Assembly (NCBI GenBank): GCA_019234815.1
Contig: JAFALA010000082.1
Span: 25,262-89,261 of the forward strand
From: Burkholderiaceae bacterium
GTDB taxonomy: Bacteria > Pseudomonadota > Gammaproteobacteria > Burkholderiales > Burkholderiaceae_C
DNA: 64,000 bases
Direction: 5' to 3'
Under the pieces are notes generated by a model. That model was not told where the DNA came from, ran no database searches, and was given only the letters and a program-made list of their open reading frames with translations. Shown here piece by piece: positions 45,832-54,793 of this stretch. Every line of letters begins with the position of its first letter. The stretch's first letter is position 1. Both the position numbers and the translations under genes were made by a program.

Positions 45832-46746
45832 ATGCATATTCCCTATTACAAACTTCTGGTGGCGTTCTCGTTCGTCGCAAGTACCGCCTATGTCCACTTC
45901 AGAGGCAGATACCGACTCGGCTTCTGGCGACAGCTCAGCGATCACTCGACGTTCATGGCGCCCATCAATTGCTTCATGTACTTGTTTTCCAAAGTGCCAT
46001 GCACTCCTTATCTGAGTGTGGAAAACTTTCCAGAGCTCAAGCTTTTGGATGATCATTGGAAGGAGATTCGTGAAGAGGCAATCAACCTTGCACGCAAGGG
46101 CAGCATCCGAAAGTCAGACAAGTTCGACGATTTGGGCTTCAACTCATTCTTCAAGACGGGATGGTCTCGCTTCTATCTGATGTGGTACGGACAAGACCAT
46201 ATGTCCGCAGCACTGGCTTGTCCCACCACCGTCAAATTGCTCAAGCAAGTTCCAGGCATCAAGGCAGCCATGTTCGCGGCTTTGCCTCCTGGAGGCACGC
46301 TGGTGCGGCATCGCGATCCATTTGCTGGCTCACTGCGATATCACCTGGGCTTGATGACGCCGGGCACGGAGAATTGCTTCATTGACGTCGACGGCCAACG
46401 TCACGTCTGGCGGAATGGAAAGTCGGTGATTTTTGACGAGACCTACCTTCATTACGCCGAGAACAAGAGTGCTCAGAATCGCATTGTCTTGTTTTGTGAC
46501 ATTGAACGCCCCCTTTACTCTTCGTTCGCCCGCGTCATCAACAGAATCATCAGTCGCTGTTTGATTGGCGCGGCGGCGTCGCCGAATGATGCACTCGACA
46601 AGACAGGAGGCCTCAACAAGGCCTTCAAATATGTGCAGGCCGTTCGGCTTTTTGGCAAGAAGATCAAGGCTCGCAACCGGTTCTCGTACTACGTCCTGAA
46701 GTGGTTGATCATGGGTGGCCCGATCATTTGGTGGCTGCTGGCCTGA
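45832..46746 (+). CDS. lpxO: Fe2+/2-oxoglutarate-dependent lipid A hydroxylase (aspartyl/asparaginyl beta-hydroxylase family)
   Basis: VHFRGRYRLGFWRQLSDHSTFMAPINCFMYLFSKVP...GFNSFFKTGWSRFYLMWYG...HRDPFAGSLRYHLGL...FDETYLHYAEN is collinear with Salmonella LpxO as recalled. Confidence 0.85.
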   Translation: MHIPYYKLLVAFSFVASTAYVHFRGRYRLGFWRQLSDHSTFMAPINCFMYLFSKVPCTPYLSVENFPELKLLDDHWKEIREEAINLARKGSIRKSDKFDDLGFNSFFKTGWSRFYLMWYGQDHMSAALACPTTVKLLKQVPGIKAAMFAALPPGGTLVRHRDPFAGSLRYHLGLMTPGTENCFIDVDGQRHVWRNGKSVIFDETYLHYAENKSAQNRIVLFCDIERPLYSSFARVINRIISRCLIGAAASPNDALDKTGGLNKAFKYVQAVRLFGKKIKARNRFSYYVLKWLIMGGPIIWWLLA

Positions 46747-46770
46747 TGCACCGGCTTATTTCCTGCATTC

Positions 46771-47511
46771 ATGAAAAACAGTCGCCCTCCTGAGGATCCC
46801 ATGCAGGTCTTTGAAGTCGAGCCTGCTCCCACAGTGGCGACAGCAGGCGCCCGAGGTTTGTGGCGCTGCTCAACGTGCACCCATCTCTGGCCGGCCCCTG
46901 TGGGTTCTTTGGATAGCTCAGATACTGCATTGCTTTGTGGACGTTGCGGCACAGCGGTTCTCAGACGAACCAGTCAATCCATTGCGAGCAGCTGGGCACT
47001 GTTGATTGCCGCCGCAATACTGTATATCCCCGCCAATGTGCTGCCGGTCATGCACACCCACACGCTGATGGGGGACCAGAACGATACGATTTTCAGCGGC
47101 ATCGTGTATTTGTGGATGGAAGGCTCCTGGCCTTTGGCATTGGTGGTCTTTGTCGCCAGCATCGCTGTCCCCCTCGGAAAGCTCTTGGCTCTGTCGCATC
47201 TTCTGCTATCAGTGCAACGCGGCTCCATTCAAACGCCGATTCGCAGCTTGCGTCAATACAGGCTGCTGGAGGTTGTCGGCCGCTGGTCCATGCTCGACAT
47301 CTATGTCATTTCGCTGCTCAGCGCATTGGTACAGATTCAATCAATGGCGTCAATTCAGCCTGGCCCTGGGGCCGCAGCGTTTGGCGCAGTGGTCGTGCTC
47401 ACCATGATGGCCACGCACCAATTCGACCCCAGGCTCATTTGGGACCGTTCGGCGTCTGTGATCCGCGACAAAACCATCGTCAGCCCACAGTCCCCACCTG
47501 CTCGCACCTGA
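46771..47511 (+). CDS. pqiA: PqiA-family protein corresponding to the C-terminal repeat of E. coli PqiA
   Basis: CGRCGTAVLRR...ILYIPANVLPVM...GSWPLALVVFVASIAVPLGKLL...VVGRWSMLDIYVISLLSALV...FDPRLIWD aligns with E. coli PqiA residues ~230-410 as recalled. Confidence 0.85.
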   Translation: MKNSRPPEDPMQVFEVEPAPTVATAGARGLWRCSTCTHLWPAPVGSLDSSDTALLCGRCGTAVLRRTSQSIASSWALLIAAAILYIPANVLPVMHTHTLMGDQNDTIFSGIVYLWMEGSWPLALVVFVASIAVPLGKLLALSHLLLSVQRGSIQTPIRSLRQYRLLEVVGRWSMLDIYVISLLSALVQIQSMASIQPGPGAAAFGAVVVLTMMATHQFDPRLIWDRSASVIRDKTIVSPQSPPART

Positions 47512-47512
47512 A

Positions 47513-49297
47513 ATGGATAAATCCTTGAATTCGACGCCTGCCACTGGGTCACCGCCAACCGCAGTTCAATCGGGCGAGTCTCTACCGCGCGCCCAGATAG
47601 GCTTTCGCGGCCGGTACAGCACATGGATGATTTGGTTGGTACCGTTGCTTGCCGCCTTGATTGGAATCTGGCTGGGGGTGAGGTCCGTGTTGGACCGCGG
47701 ACCGATGATCACGATTGAATTTCGGAGTGCTGAAGGTCTGGAGGCGGGACGGACCAAGCTGAAATACAAGGAAGTGGAAATTGGCTTGGTTCGGTCCATA
47801 CAACTGACCCCAGATCGTCGCGGTGTCGAGGTTCAAGCCGAACTCAAATCAGGTGGCGATTTGGACAAGCTTCTGGTGAGCGATACACGGTTCTGGGTGA
47901 TGCGCCCGCATGTGGGCGCGGAAGGTGTGTCAGGGCTGGGAACGCTGCTCTCCGGCGCATACATTGGCATGGATATCGGGCATGACAAAGAACCCCGGCA
48001 CCGTTTCCAGGGACTGGAATCACCGCCCCCCATCACCACAGATGTACCAGGCCGCCGGTTTGTCCTCAAAGCGAAAAATCTGGGTTCATTGAACATCGGC
48101 TCACCCGTCTACTTCCGTCGCGTCAAGGTGGGTCAGGTGGTCAGCTTTGACCTGGACCACAATGGACGCGAGGTCAGCTTCGGCATATTCGTTGAGGCGC
48201 CCTACGATCGATTTGTCACGTCGCAAAGCCGCTTCTGGAATGCCAGCGGGCTGGACGTCAGCCTTGGCGCTGATGGCATAAAGATCAACACCGAATCGCT
48301 GATCAGTGTGGTCTCAGGTGGAATTGCGTTCCAGGATTTATCGGACCCAGGCGATCCCGAAGGGGCCGCCGGCAACGACGACTCTGGCCCATCCTCGCAC
48401 CTGGAGGGCGCGCAGAACCAGGCAGATACGCCATCGAAGGCGGCCGCCCAAGACGCTGTGTTCAGCCTCTATGCCAATCGACAGCAGGCACTCAAACATC
48501 CAGATCGCAACGGTCATGACTTCGTATTGCTGTTTTCAAACTCCGTTCGCGGCCTGAGCATAGGAGCGCCCGTCGACTTCCGTGGACTGACCATCGGCGA
48601 AGTGGTGGGCATCAGTATTGATCACAGGCCTGGAATCCAGCATCCCGTTCCGCAAGTTGCCGTGACCGTTCGCGTCTACCCCCATCGATTCAGCGTGTTG
48701 GTCGGAGATGGCAAGGACGACGACAGCGTGGAAGACGAACACTCCGCCATCAATCCCATGGTCGCAAAGGGATTCAGGGCGCAGTTGCGAAATGGCAACC
48801 TGCTGACAGGTCAACTATTTGTCGCGCTCGACTTCTTCCCTCGCACTGCACCAGCCCGTATCGACTGGAGCCATAACCCGGCCATTTTCCCAACCATTTC
48901 CGGTAGCTTTGACAGCTTGCAGGACTCGCTGGTCAGCATCGCCGAAAAAATTGATCGCTTACCGCTGCAGGAGCTGACTCAGGATCTGAGGCAGACCCTT
49001 CAAAGCACAAACCGAGCGATCCAGCATGTAGATGCGCTCGTTCTGCAGGTCAATGAGCAGCTGAGCCCGGAGATGCAACGCACATTGGAAGACGCGCGCG
49101 GGACCTTGAATCGACTGAATCAATCCTTGGACAACGTCAACGGCGCCATAAACCCACAAGGGCCGCTGACTCAGGATACGCGCCGTAGCCTGCAGGAGTT
49201 GGGTAAAGCCGCACAGTCCCTGCGTGAGATGGCCGACTATCTGCAACGACACCCCGAATCGATCTTGCGCGGAAAACCGGAGGATCCAAAACCATGA
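47513..49297 (+). CDS. pqiB: Intermembrane transport protein PqiB (multi-MCE domain)
   Basis: N-terminal TM, repeated MCE/MlaD domains (GLEAGRTKLKYKEVEIGLV, GSPVYFRRVKVGQVV, GAPVDFRGLTIGEVV), C-terminal helical needle region. Confidence 0.9.
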   Translation: MDKSLNSTPATGSPPTAVQSGESLPRAQIGFRGRYSTWMIWLVPLLAALIGIWLGVRSVLDRGPMITIEFRSAEGLEAGRTKLKYKEVEIGLVRSIQLTPDRRGVEVQAELKSGGDLDKLLVSDTRFWVMRPHVGAEGVSGLGTLLSGAYIGMDIGHDKEPRHRFQGLESPPPITTDVPGRRFVLKAKNLGSLNIGSPVYFRRVKVGQVVSFDLDHNGREVSFGIFVEAPYDRFVTSQSRFWNASGLDVSLGADGIKINTESLISVVSGGIAFQDLSDPGDPEGAAGNDDSGPSSHLEGAQNQADTPSKAAAQDAVFSLYANRQQALKHPDRNGHDFVLLFSNSVRGLSIGAPVDFRGLTIGEVVGISIDHRPGIQHPVPQVAVTVRVYPHRFSVLVGDGKDDDSVEDEHSAINPMVAKGFRAQLRNGNLLTGQLFVALDFFPRTAPARIDWSHNPAIFPTISGSFDSLQDSLVSIAEKIDRLPLQELTQDLRQTLQSTNRAIQHVDALVLQVNEQLSPEMQRTLEDARGTLNRLNQSLDNVNGAINPQGPLTQDTRRSLQELGKAAQSLREMADYLQRHPESILRGKPEDPKP

Positions 49298-49968
49298 AAA
49301 TAAAAATCTGCCTCTGCAGCGCGTCTGCCGCGCTTCTGATGGGGTGCTCCAGTACACCGATTGAGCACGTCTATACATTGCGTCCTGCCGAAACCTCGTC
49401 GCCAACCACCCAATCAGATTTTTCGCTGGCTTCGGTTACCGTTTCGCTCACGGCGTCCGGCATGGACCGCCCCCAGTGGGTTCTGAGAGATCCGCATCAG
49501 GAATTGCAGATATTGGAGCAGCAACGCTGGATGCAGCCGCTTGGAGAGGAGATCAGTCAAAGTCTGATCGATCAACTGCAGCCGCAGCTCAATCAGATGC
49601 CCGAGTCCGCTCCATACCTCAGACTTGTTGCGACTCCGTCATCGGTACCGTGGCAGCAGCTTGCCGATGCCCGTGGGCCGAGGCTGCATCTTGACGTTGA
49701 AGTTTCGCGCTTCGACACCTGGGTGAGTCCGCAACCCCGCATCAACGACGAAATCATCTGGCGCCTCCACTGCTCGGGAGCACAGGACGCAAGCCTGTCA
49801 GATCGTCAAGGCTTGAAAAGCTACAGTCGACTGGCGCTTGAAAAGCAAGGCCTGTCCAGCTATCAGGTTTTGGCCGAAACACATCAACAAGTGCTGGGCG
49901 AAGCCGCAGAGGAGATTGCGCAAGCAATGCGAGAGATGTCCCCTCACTGCCTGACGCGTGCCCCATGA
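49294..49968 (+). CDS. pqiC: PqiC-like lipoprotein (ABC-type transport auxiliary / DUF330)
   Basis: MKIKICLCSASAALLMGCSS lipobox. ATGA overlaps at both ends. Confidence 0.75.
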   Translation: MKIKICLCSASAALLMGCSSTPIEHVYTLRPAETSSPTTQSDFSLASVTVSLTASGMDRPQWVLRDPHQELQILEQQRWMQPLGEEISQSLIDQLQPQLNQMPESAPYLRLVATPSSVPWQQLADARGPRLHLDVEVSRFDTWVSPQPRINDEIIWRLHCSGAQDASLSDRQGLKSYSRLALEKQGLSSYQVLAETHQQVLGEAAEEIAQAMREMSPHCLTRAP

Positions 49969-50648
49969 CTGCAGGAACGAAGAGCGCAGCCTCCCCTTCT
50001 TGCCAATGGCTGGCTTGCGCGGAATGCGATGCATTGTTCCGGCGTCCCCATCCTTTGCCTGCTGGAAGCTCTGTTTTTTGCCTTCGATGCGGCGCATTGC
50101 TCTGCCAGCCATTGCCCGAACACCTGGACGCCCCCCTTGCCCTCGCTCTCGCAGGAGTGATCACCCTGTTGCTCGCGCACCTTTTTCCTGTCATTGGACT
50201 TGAAGTCCAATCGCAAATGCACGGCATCACATTATGGGGCGCTGCCACGCATTTGTATGACGAAGGTGCATGGATATTGAGTGCCTTGATCGTCGGTACG
50301 ACGCTGATCTTTCCTGCCGCAGAGCTTCTGGCCATTTGCTATTTGCTCTTTCCACTGCGAATGCGACGCATAGCTCCCGGATTTGCCATGGTGCTCAAGG
50401 CACTTCAGTCAGTGAAGCCCTGGGTCATGGTGGAAGTGTTCATGCTGGGTGTTTTGGTAGCGGTCGTCAAGCTCGCTGGGGTTGGAACCATTGTCGCAGG
50501 TACTGGCATGGCCTCATTTTTTGCATTGATGGCACTATTGGCCGGATCCAGTCTTACTTTTCCTATGCAAAGCTTGTGGGAAGTCCTAAGCCCTGTTCCA
50601 AGTGAAATGGATCACCAATCCGATGAATCTTTTTTGACTTGCAAGTGA
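49965..50648 (+). CDS. pqiA: PqiA-family protein corresponding to the N-terminal repeat of E. coli PqiA
   Basis: CAECDALFRRP..G..VFCLRCGALL...ALALAGVITLLLAHLFPV...VKPWVMVEVFMLGVLVAVVKL aligns with the first half of E. coli PqiA as recalled. Confidence 0.8.
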   Translation: MTAGTKSAASPSCQWLACAECDALFRRPHPLPAGSSVFCLRCGALLCQPLPEHLDAPLALALAGVITLLLAHLFPVIGLEVQSQMHGITLWGAATHLYDEGAWILSALIVGTTLIFPAAELLAICYLLFPLRMRRIAPGFAMVLKALQSVKPWVMVEVFMLGVLVAVVKLAGVGTIVAGTGMASFFALMALLAGSSLTFPMQSLWEVLSPVPSEMDHQSDESFLTCK

Positions 50649-50948
50649 GATGTCCAGCAGTGGCAGCAAGCGCGCCGATCGCGACGACCGGTGGCTTGCT
50701 TTGGCTGCACGGCCCATGTCATAATGACATTTGGGTCATTTTGAAGAAAGCCAGCACTCTCGTGATAGGTGCAGCCCGAGGGTCCTTTTGCTGATCCTCC
50801 ATGATGGAAATCACACCCAGTTCAAATCCGGCAGTGTCATGGCGCCAGCCTGCACACCTCCCGTCATTGAAGCCTTGAATCCACAAGCTTGAGAGCCGGT
50901 GCGGTTGAGGCCTTACGTAGTAGAACCAGCAGTCGCGAGATCGGAATA

Positions 50949-52850
50949 ATGCAGCACACGTCAGACAACAAAGGCTCGGCCAGTCAATTGAACAAAATCG
51001 TGGGCGCCGCAACGATTCTTGCGCTGCTCTACTTCGGACGCGAAGTCCTCATTCCTATTACGCTGGCACTGATCCTGAGTTTTCTCATTGCACCCCTGGT
51101 TCGGCAGTTCAAGCGTCTGGGCCTGAATCGGACGGCAGCTGTCAGCCTTTCGGTACTGCTTTTGACACTTGGCCTATCCGCCGTGAGCGCCGTGATCGGA
51201 TCGCAGTTGATACGGACGGCGAGCAGCTTGCCGCAATACGAGGACACCATACGCGGAAAAATCCTGGCGCTGGATAAACTCACGCTCGGTAGAGTCAATG
51301 CCATTGCAGGGCACGCCGATCGCGTCATGAGCCAGCTGTCCGCCAACACTGGTGCGGGTAGCCCTGCGACTGCTTTGCCAACGAAAGGCATTGATCCCAA
51401 GAGCAGCGAGCCTCTTCTTGTCAAAATGCAAGAGCAGGCGCCAAAGCCCTATCAACTGCTGTCCAGCATCGTCACATCGGTCTGGGGACCTCTTGAAACG
51501 ACCAGCATCGTATTTGTGGTTCTTATTTTTATTTTGCTCGAGCATGAGGCACTTCGCGATCGCTTCATACGTTTAGTAGGTCCAAACAATCTTCGTGCAA
51601 CCACAGTTGCAGTCAACGATGCAGGTGAGCGCCTATCAAGATTCTTTGTCTCCCAGGTGGCTGTCAACGTGGCTGTTGGGGTATTGATCTGGCTGTGCCT
51701 GGCTGTCGCCGGCGTTCCTCAAGCATTGCTTTGGGGTGCGGTCGCCACAACACTGCGATTTGTTCCCTACGTTGGTGTCTGGGTTGCTGCATTTTGTGCC
51801 ACTCTGCTGGCAGCTGCAGTAACGCCAGGCTGGACACTTGCCTTATTGACCATGGTTCTATTTGGCCTGGTCGAAGTCGTCATTTCCCAGGTGGTGGAAC
51901 CCCGTCTTTACGGCCATGCAACAGGACTCTCGCCCCTTTCCGTTGTGATTGCAGCCATTTTCTGGAGCTGGTTGTGGGGCCCCATCGGGCTCGTACTGTC
52001 CACGCCTTTGACATTGTGTCTTGTGGTTGCTGGCCACTATATTCAATCGCTCAATTTTCTGGAAATATTGCTTGGCGAAGTTCCTGCGCTGACCATGCCG
52101 GAGAATTTATACCAAAGAGTTTTATCGGGTGACGCACACGAAATCACAGCAAGCGCACAACAATTCCTAAAGAAGAAATCATTCGGCGCCTATTGCGATT
52201 CAGTTTTAATGCCGGCTCTGCATTTGGCACACACAGACTTCAAGCAAAACTCGATCACCCAATCAGAGCAAATCAAGGTCAACAGCGCCATCGCGTCGAT
52301 GCTGATGTCGCTGGAAGGTCGAAAGAATGATTGGAAATCGAATCAAAATCTGTCTGTGCTGGCAGATGCCAATATCGCCAGACAACTGAGGTCTCATCGC
52401 GAGAAACAGCTAGGGAAATGGCAAGGACCGATCAAGGTTCCACCAGGCTCAGTGGTACTTGGGATTGGACTGGGGTCGCTTGCAAACGAAATGGCTGCGG
52501 AGATTCTTGTACGCGTTTTGCGTTCCGAAAACATTGATGCCAGGCAAATATCGCTTGACGATCTTCAAGATGGACCACCGCCAGATGCATCCGCAGAACT
52601 TGTTGCAATGATTTGCCTGGTCAGCGTTGAGCCACTGAATGAACTCGACCGATTTGCATCTGCACTCGTCGGCATTCGGGATCGATTGCCGGCGTCAAAA
52701 GTTGTTGCGTTGAGCCTCTCCAATCCATTCGAGAAGACCTCGCAAGACCACGCCTCGGTGCATGGGTTCGATCAAACCGTTCATTCCTTTCAAGACATAC
52801 TAGGTACTTGCGTCAAGACGTTGAAAGTTTCAACGGCCAGCGATATTTGA
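50949..52850 (+). CDS. AI-2E (PerM/UPF0118) family transporter fused to a ~260-aa C-terminal cytoplasmic domain
   Basis: ATG 50949. LLYFGREVLIPITLALILSFLIAPLV and the C-terminal TM core GPIGLVLSTPLTLCLVV are typical AI-2E. The protein continues ~260 aa beyond the usual end. Confidence 0.85.
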   Translation: MQHTSDNKGSASQLNKIVGAATILALLYFGREVLIPITLALILSFLIAPLVRQFKRLGLNRTAAVSLSVLLLTLGLSAVSAVIGSQLIRTASSLPQYEDTIRGKILALDKLTLGRVNAIAGHADRVMSQLSANTGAGSPATALPTKGIDPKSSEPLLVKMQEQAPKPYQLLSSIVTSVWGPLETTSIVFVVLIFILLEHEALRDRFIRLVGPNNLRATTVAVNDAGERLSRFFVSQVAVNVAVGVLIWLCLAVAGVPQALLWGAVATTLRFVPYVGVWVAAFCATLLAAAVTPGWTLALLTMVLFGLVEVVISQVVEPRLYGHATGLSPLSVVIAAIFWSWLWGPIGLVLSTPLTLCLVVAGHYIQSLNFLEILLGEVPALTMPENLYQRVLSGDAHEITASAQQFLKKKSFGAYCDSVLMPALHLAHTDFKQNSITQSEQIKVNSAIASMLMSLEGRKNDWKSNQNLSVLADANIARQLRSHREKQLGKWQGPIKVPPGSVVLGIGLGSLANEMAAEILVRVLRSENIDARQISLDDLQDGPPPDASAELVAMICLVSVEPLNELDRFASALVGIRDRLPASKVVALSLSNPFEKTSQDHASVHGFDQTVHSFQDILGTCVKTLKVSTASDI

Positions 52851-52976
52851 CCTTCCGCTGCAAAAATTTAAGTGGCGGTCTTGGGAGTCAGTGCGCCTCA
52901 GCCACCTCAGCCACTTCACAAGTCTTGGGTGATGACGCCAAGAAATGGCATTTATTTTCTTGACGATTTCAACATT

Positions 52977-53009
52977 AAAAAACCCCTGGTGCCTTGTGAG
53001 TACCAGGGG
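52977..53009 (-). terminator. Orphan rho-independent terminator on the minus strand
   Basis: CCCCTGGT-(11 nt)-ACCAGGGG followed on the minus strand by T6. Lies 290 nt downstream of the mgtC stop and 36 nt after a 32-codon ORF. Confidence 0.6.
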
Positions 53010-53300
53010 TGAACTCGCCTTTGTGATGCGAGAGGAGACAAGATTCAATCATAACGTACAAAAGCGTTAGTCGAACATAAATTTTTCCAACTTGTTAGCG
53101 TGAAATACGAAAAATTGTAATAATTTTCTTTTTCATTAGCCATGACGTCTTGTGGCGTTATGCGAAATACCCGGCATAAAAACATATGCCTCTTCTTCGG
53201 CGCATGCGAGAACTGACGCAATCGGTCGAGCGGCTAATCCTTTGAATTGAGCCGCCTCAAAACTCCGAGATGAAGCTGCTTGCACCAAGGAGAAAACCTG

Positions 53301-54035
53301 TCAATTGCGCACAGGCAGGATGCTGAAGCATGTCACGCCTTCAAACGCCGTCATTTCGTCTGCCAGATGGGCGGGAGATACTGCACTCGCGCGGTCCAAC
53401 GCGACGACATTGAAACGCCACACCGGCCTTCCTTCGCCAAAACTAATGCTCAAGCTGTCGTGCAAAAGTCGATAGCCCCGCGAAGCGGCAATATCAACGA
53501 CCGTGCTGTAGTCGGGCGGAAAATCTGCACGAAAGGTCAGCGAGACATCCAGAGTTGAACGGCCAGGAAGTCTTGCCTCCACGCGGTGCAGCAGCGACAT
53601 CGACAGCATGCACAACAGAGACAGTAGCAATGCTGCCGCATAGAACCCCACGCCCAGCAGCACACCGATCGCGGAAGCCGTCCATATGGAGGCCGCCGTT
53701 GTCAAGCCGCTGATGTTCATCCCATCTTTCATGATGACGCCGGCACACAGGAATCCAATGCCTGTCACAACACCCTGAACCACCCGTGTAGGATCCGCAA
53801 GCATATGGGGCGTTGCGCCTCCGAACCAGAACGGGGCTTGCCCGACAAATACGGTCAGCGCCGTTGAAGCCATGCACACCAACCCATAGGTACGTATGCC
53901 GGCTGCGCGCCCGTTGTATGAACGCTCATAGCCTACGAGCATGCCCAGGAGCAAAGCTCCGATCAGATTCAGCCCGATAAAGGCATTCGCGGCCAGAAAG
54001 CTTGCGCTCCAATATTGTGTCAGTTGTTCGAGCAT
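53301..54035 (-). CDS. mgtC: MgtC/SapB family protein
   Basis: LLLGMLVGYERSYNGRAAGIRTY...VVQGVVTGIGFLCAGVIMKDG.NISGLTTAASIWTASAIG plus a C-terminal ACT-like soluble domain. Confidence 0.9.
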   Translation of the reverse strand: MLEQLTQYWSASFLAANAFIGLNLIGALLLGMLVGYERSYNGRAAGIRTYGLVCMASTALTVFVGQAPFWFGGATPHMLADPTRVVQGVVTGIGFLCAGVIMKDGMNISGLTTAASIWTASAIGVLLGVGFYAAALLLSLLCMLSMSLLHRVEARLPGRSTLDVSLTFRADFPPDYSTVVDIAASRGYRLLHDSLSISFGEGRPVWRFNVVALDRASAVSPAHLADEMTAFEGVTCFSILPVRN

Positions 54036-54430
54036 GGATTTGGCGCGGCGGGTGATGCCGACGATTTGTCAAGAAATCAATTCATTGCAATGGCGCGGAT
54101 TTTCAAAAATCGCCTTGAGCAAGTGAAAGCCACAGAACCAGTCAACCAGTCGTTGGCTTCATATGGGACTTCATTCTTTCGATATCGCCCCGGCAAGTCG
54201 TCTCATCCTGGTACCAATGCGGTAATGAACAGCCTCGGCCGCCTCGGCCACTGGCCGAGGCTTCAACTGGAGAGAATTGAGCACACGGACGGGGCTGCCG
54301 GGCCACTACGAAACGCGGGGCCATTCACGCTGAATGCTGGCGCCCGGAAATTTCCCAGCCAGGAACTGTCACACCCACGCCACTTGTCATGTCTATAGTG
54401 CTGTGCTTTGCAGTTTTGATGGCCTAGACC

Positions 54431-54793
54431 GTGATCACGTTTTCTGAAAGCTCTTTTGGCACTAGCGATTTTTCGGTTTCACTGGATTTGATGCGCCGTC
54501 CTCAGCGCCTCGAGGACAAGCTGCTGCTTGCCGACACCAAGGACTTGATCGAGCATCTACCCGAGGATGTCCGGCCTAAGGCGCTACCCATTTACTTCCC
54601 GCGAATCGCCAACGAGATGTGCAGACGGTGGACCGATACAGAGAGCCTCAAAGAATACTTTCTTTCATTGCTCACCGATGGTCGTTCAGGTCGCCGTGGC
54701 TTCCCTCCCCTGGTGCACAACGAAATTCTTGCTTTGGCTGCCTATATTGGAAAACGCCTGGATCATTCGTACGACACGCGTTGGAGTGATTAA
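54431..54793 (+). CDS. Hypothetical 120-aa protein
   Basis: GTG-start ORF divergent from mgtC. No recognised motif. Confidence 0.4.
   Translation: MITFSESSFGTSDFSVSLDLMRRPQRLEDKLLLADTKDLIEHLPEDVRPKALPIYFPRIANEMCRRWTDTESLKEYFLSLLTDGRSGRRGFPPLVHNEILALAAYIGKRLDHSYDTRWSD

Noticed and set aside
50719-51012. 97-aa minus-strand ORF in the pqi/AI-2E spacer, overlapping the transporter start.
   Set aside because: No motif or RBS, and it overlaps the well-supported AI-2E N-terminus.
54142-54324. 60-aa ORF in the mgtC upstream region.
   Set aside because: Arg/Pro/Gly-rich, and it contains the GCCTCGGCC repeat hairpins. More likely structured non-coding DNA than a gene.
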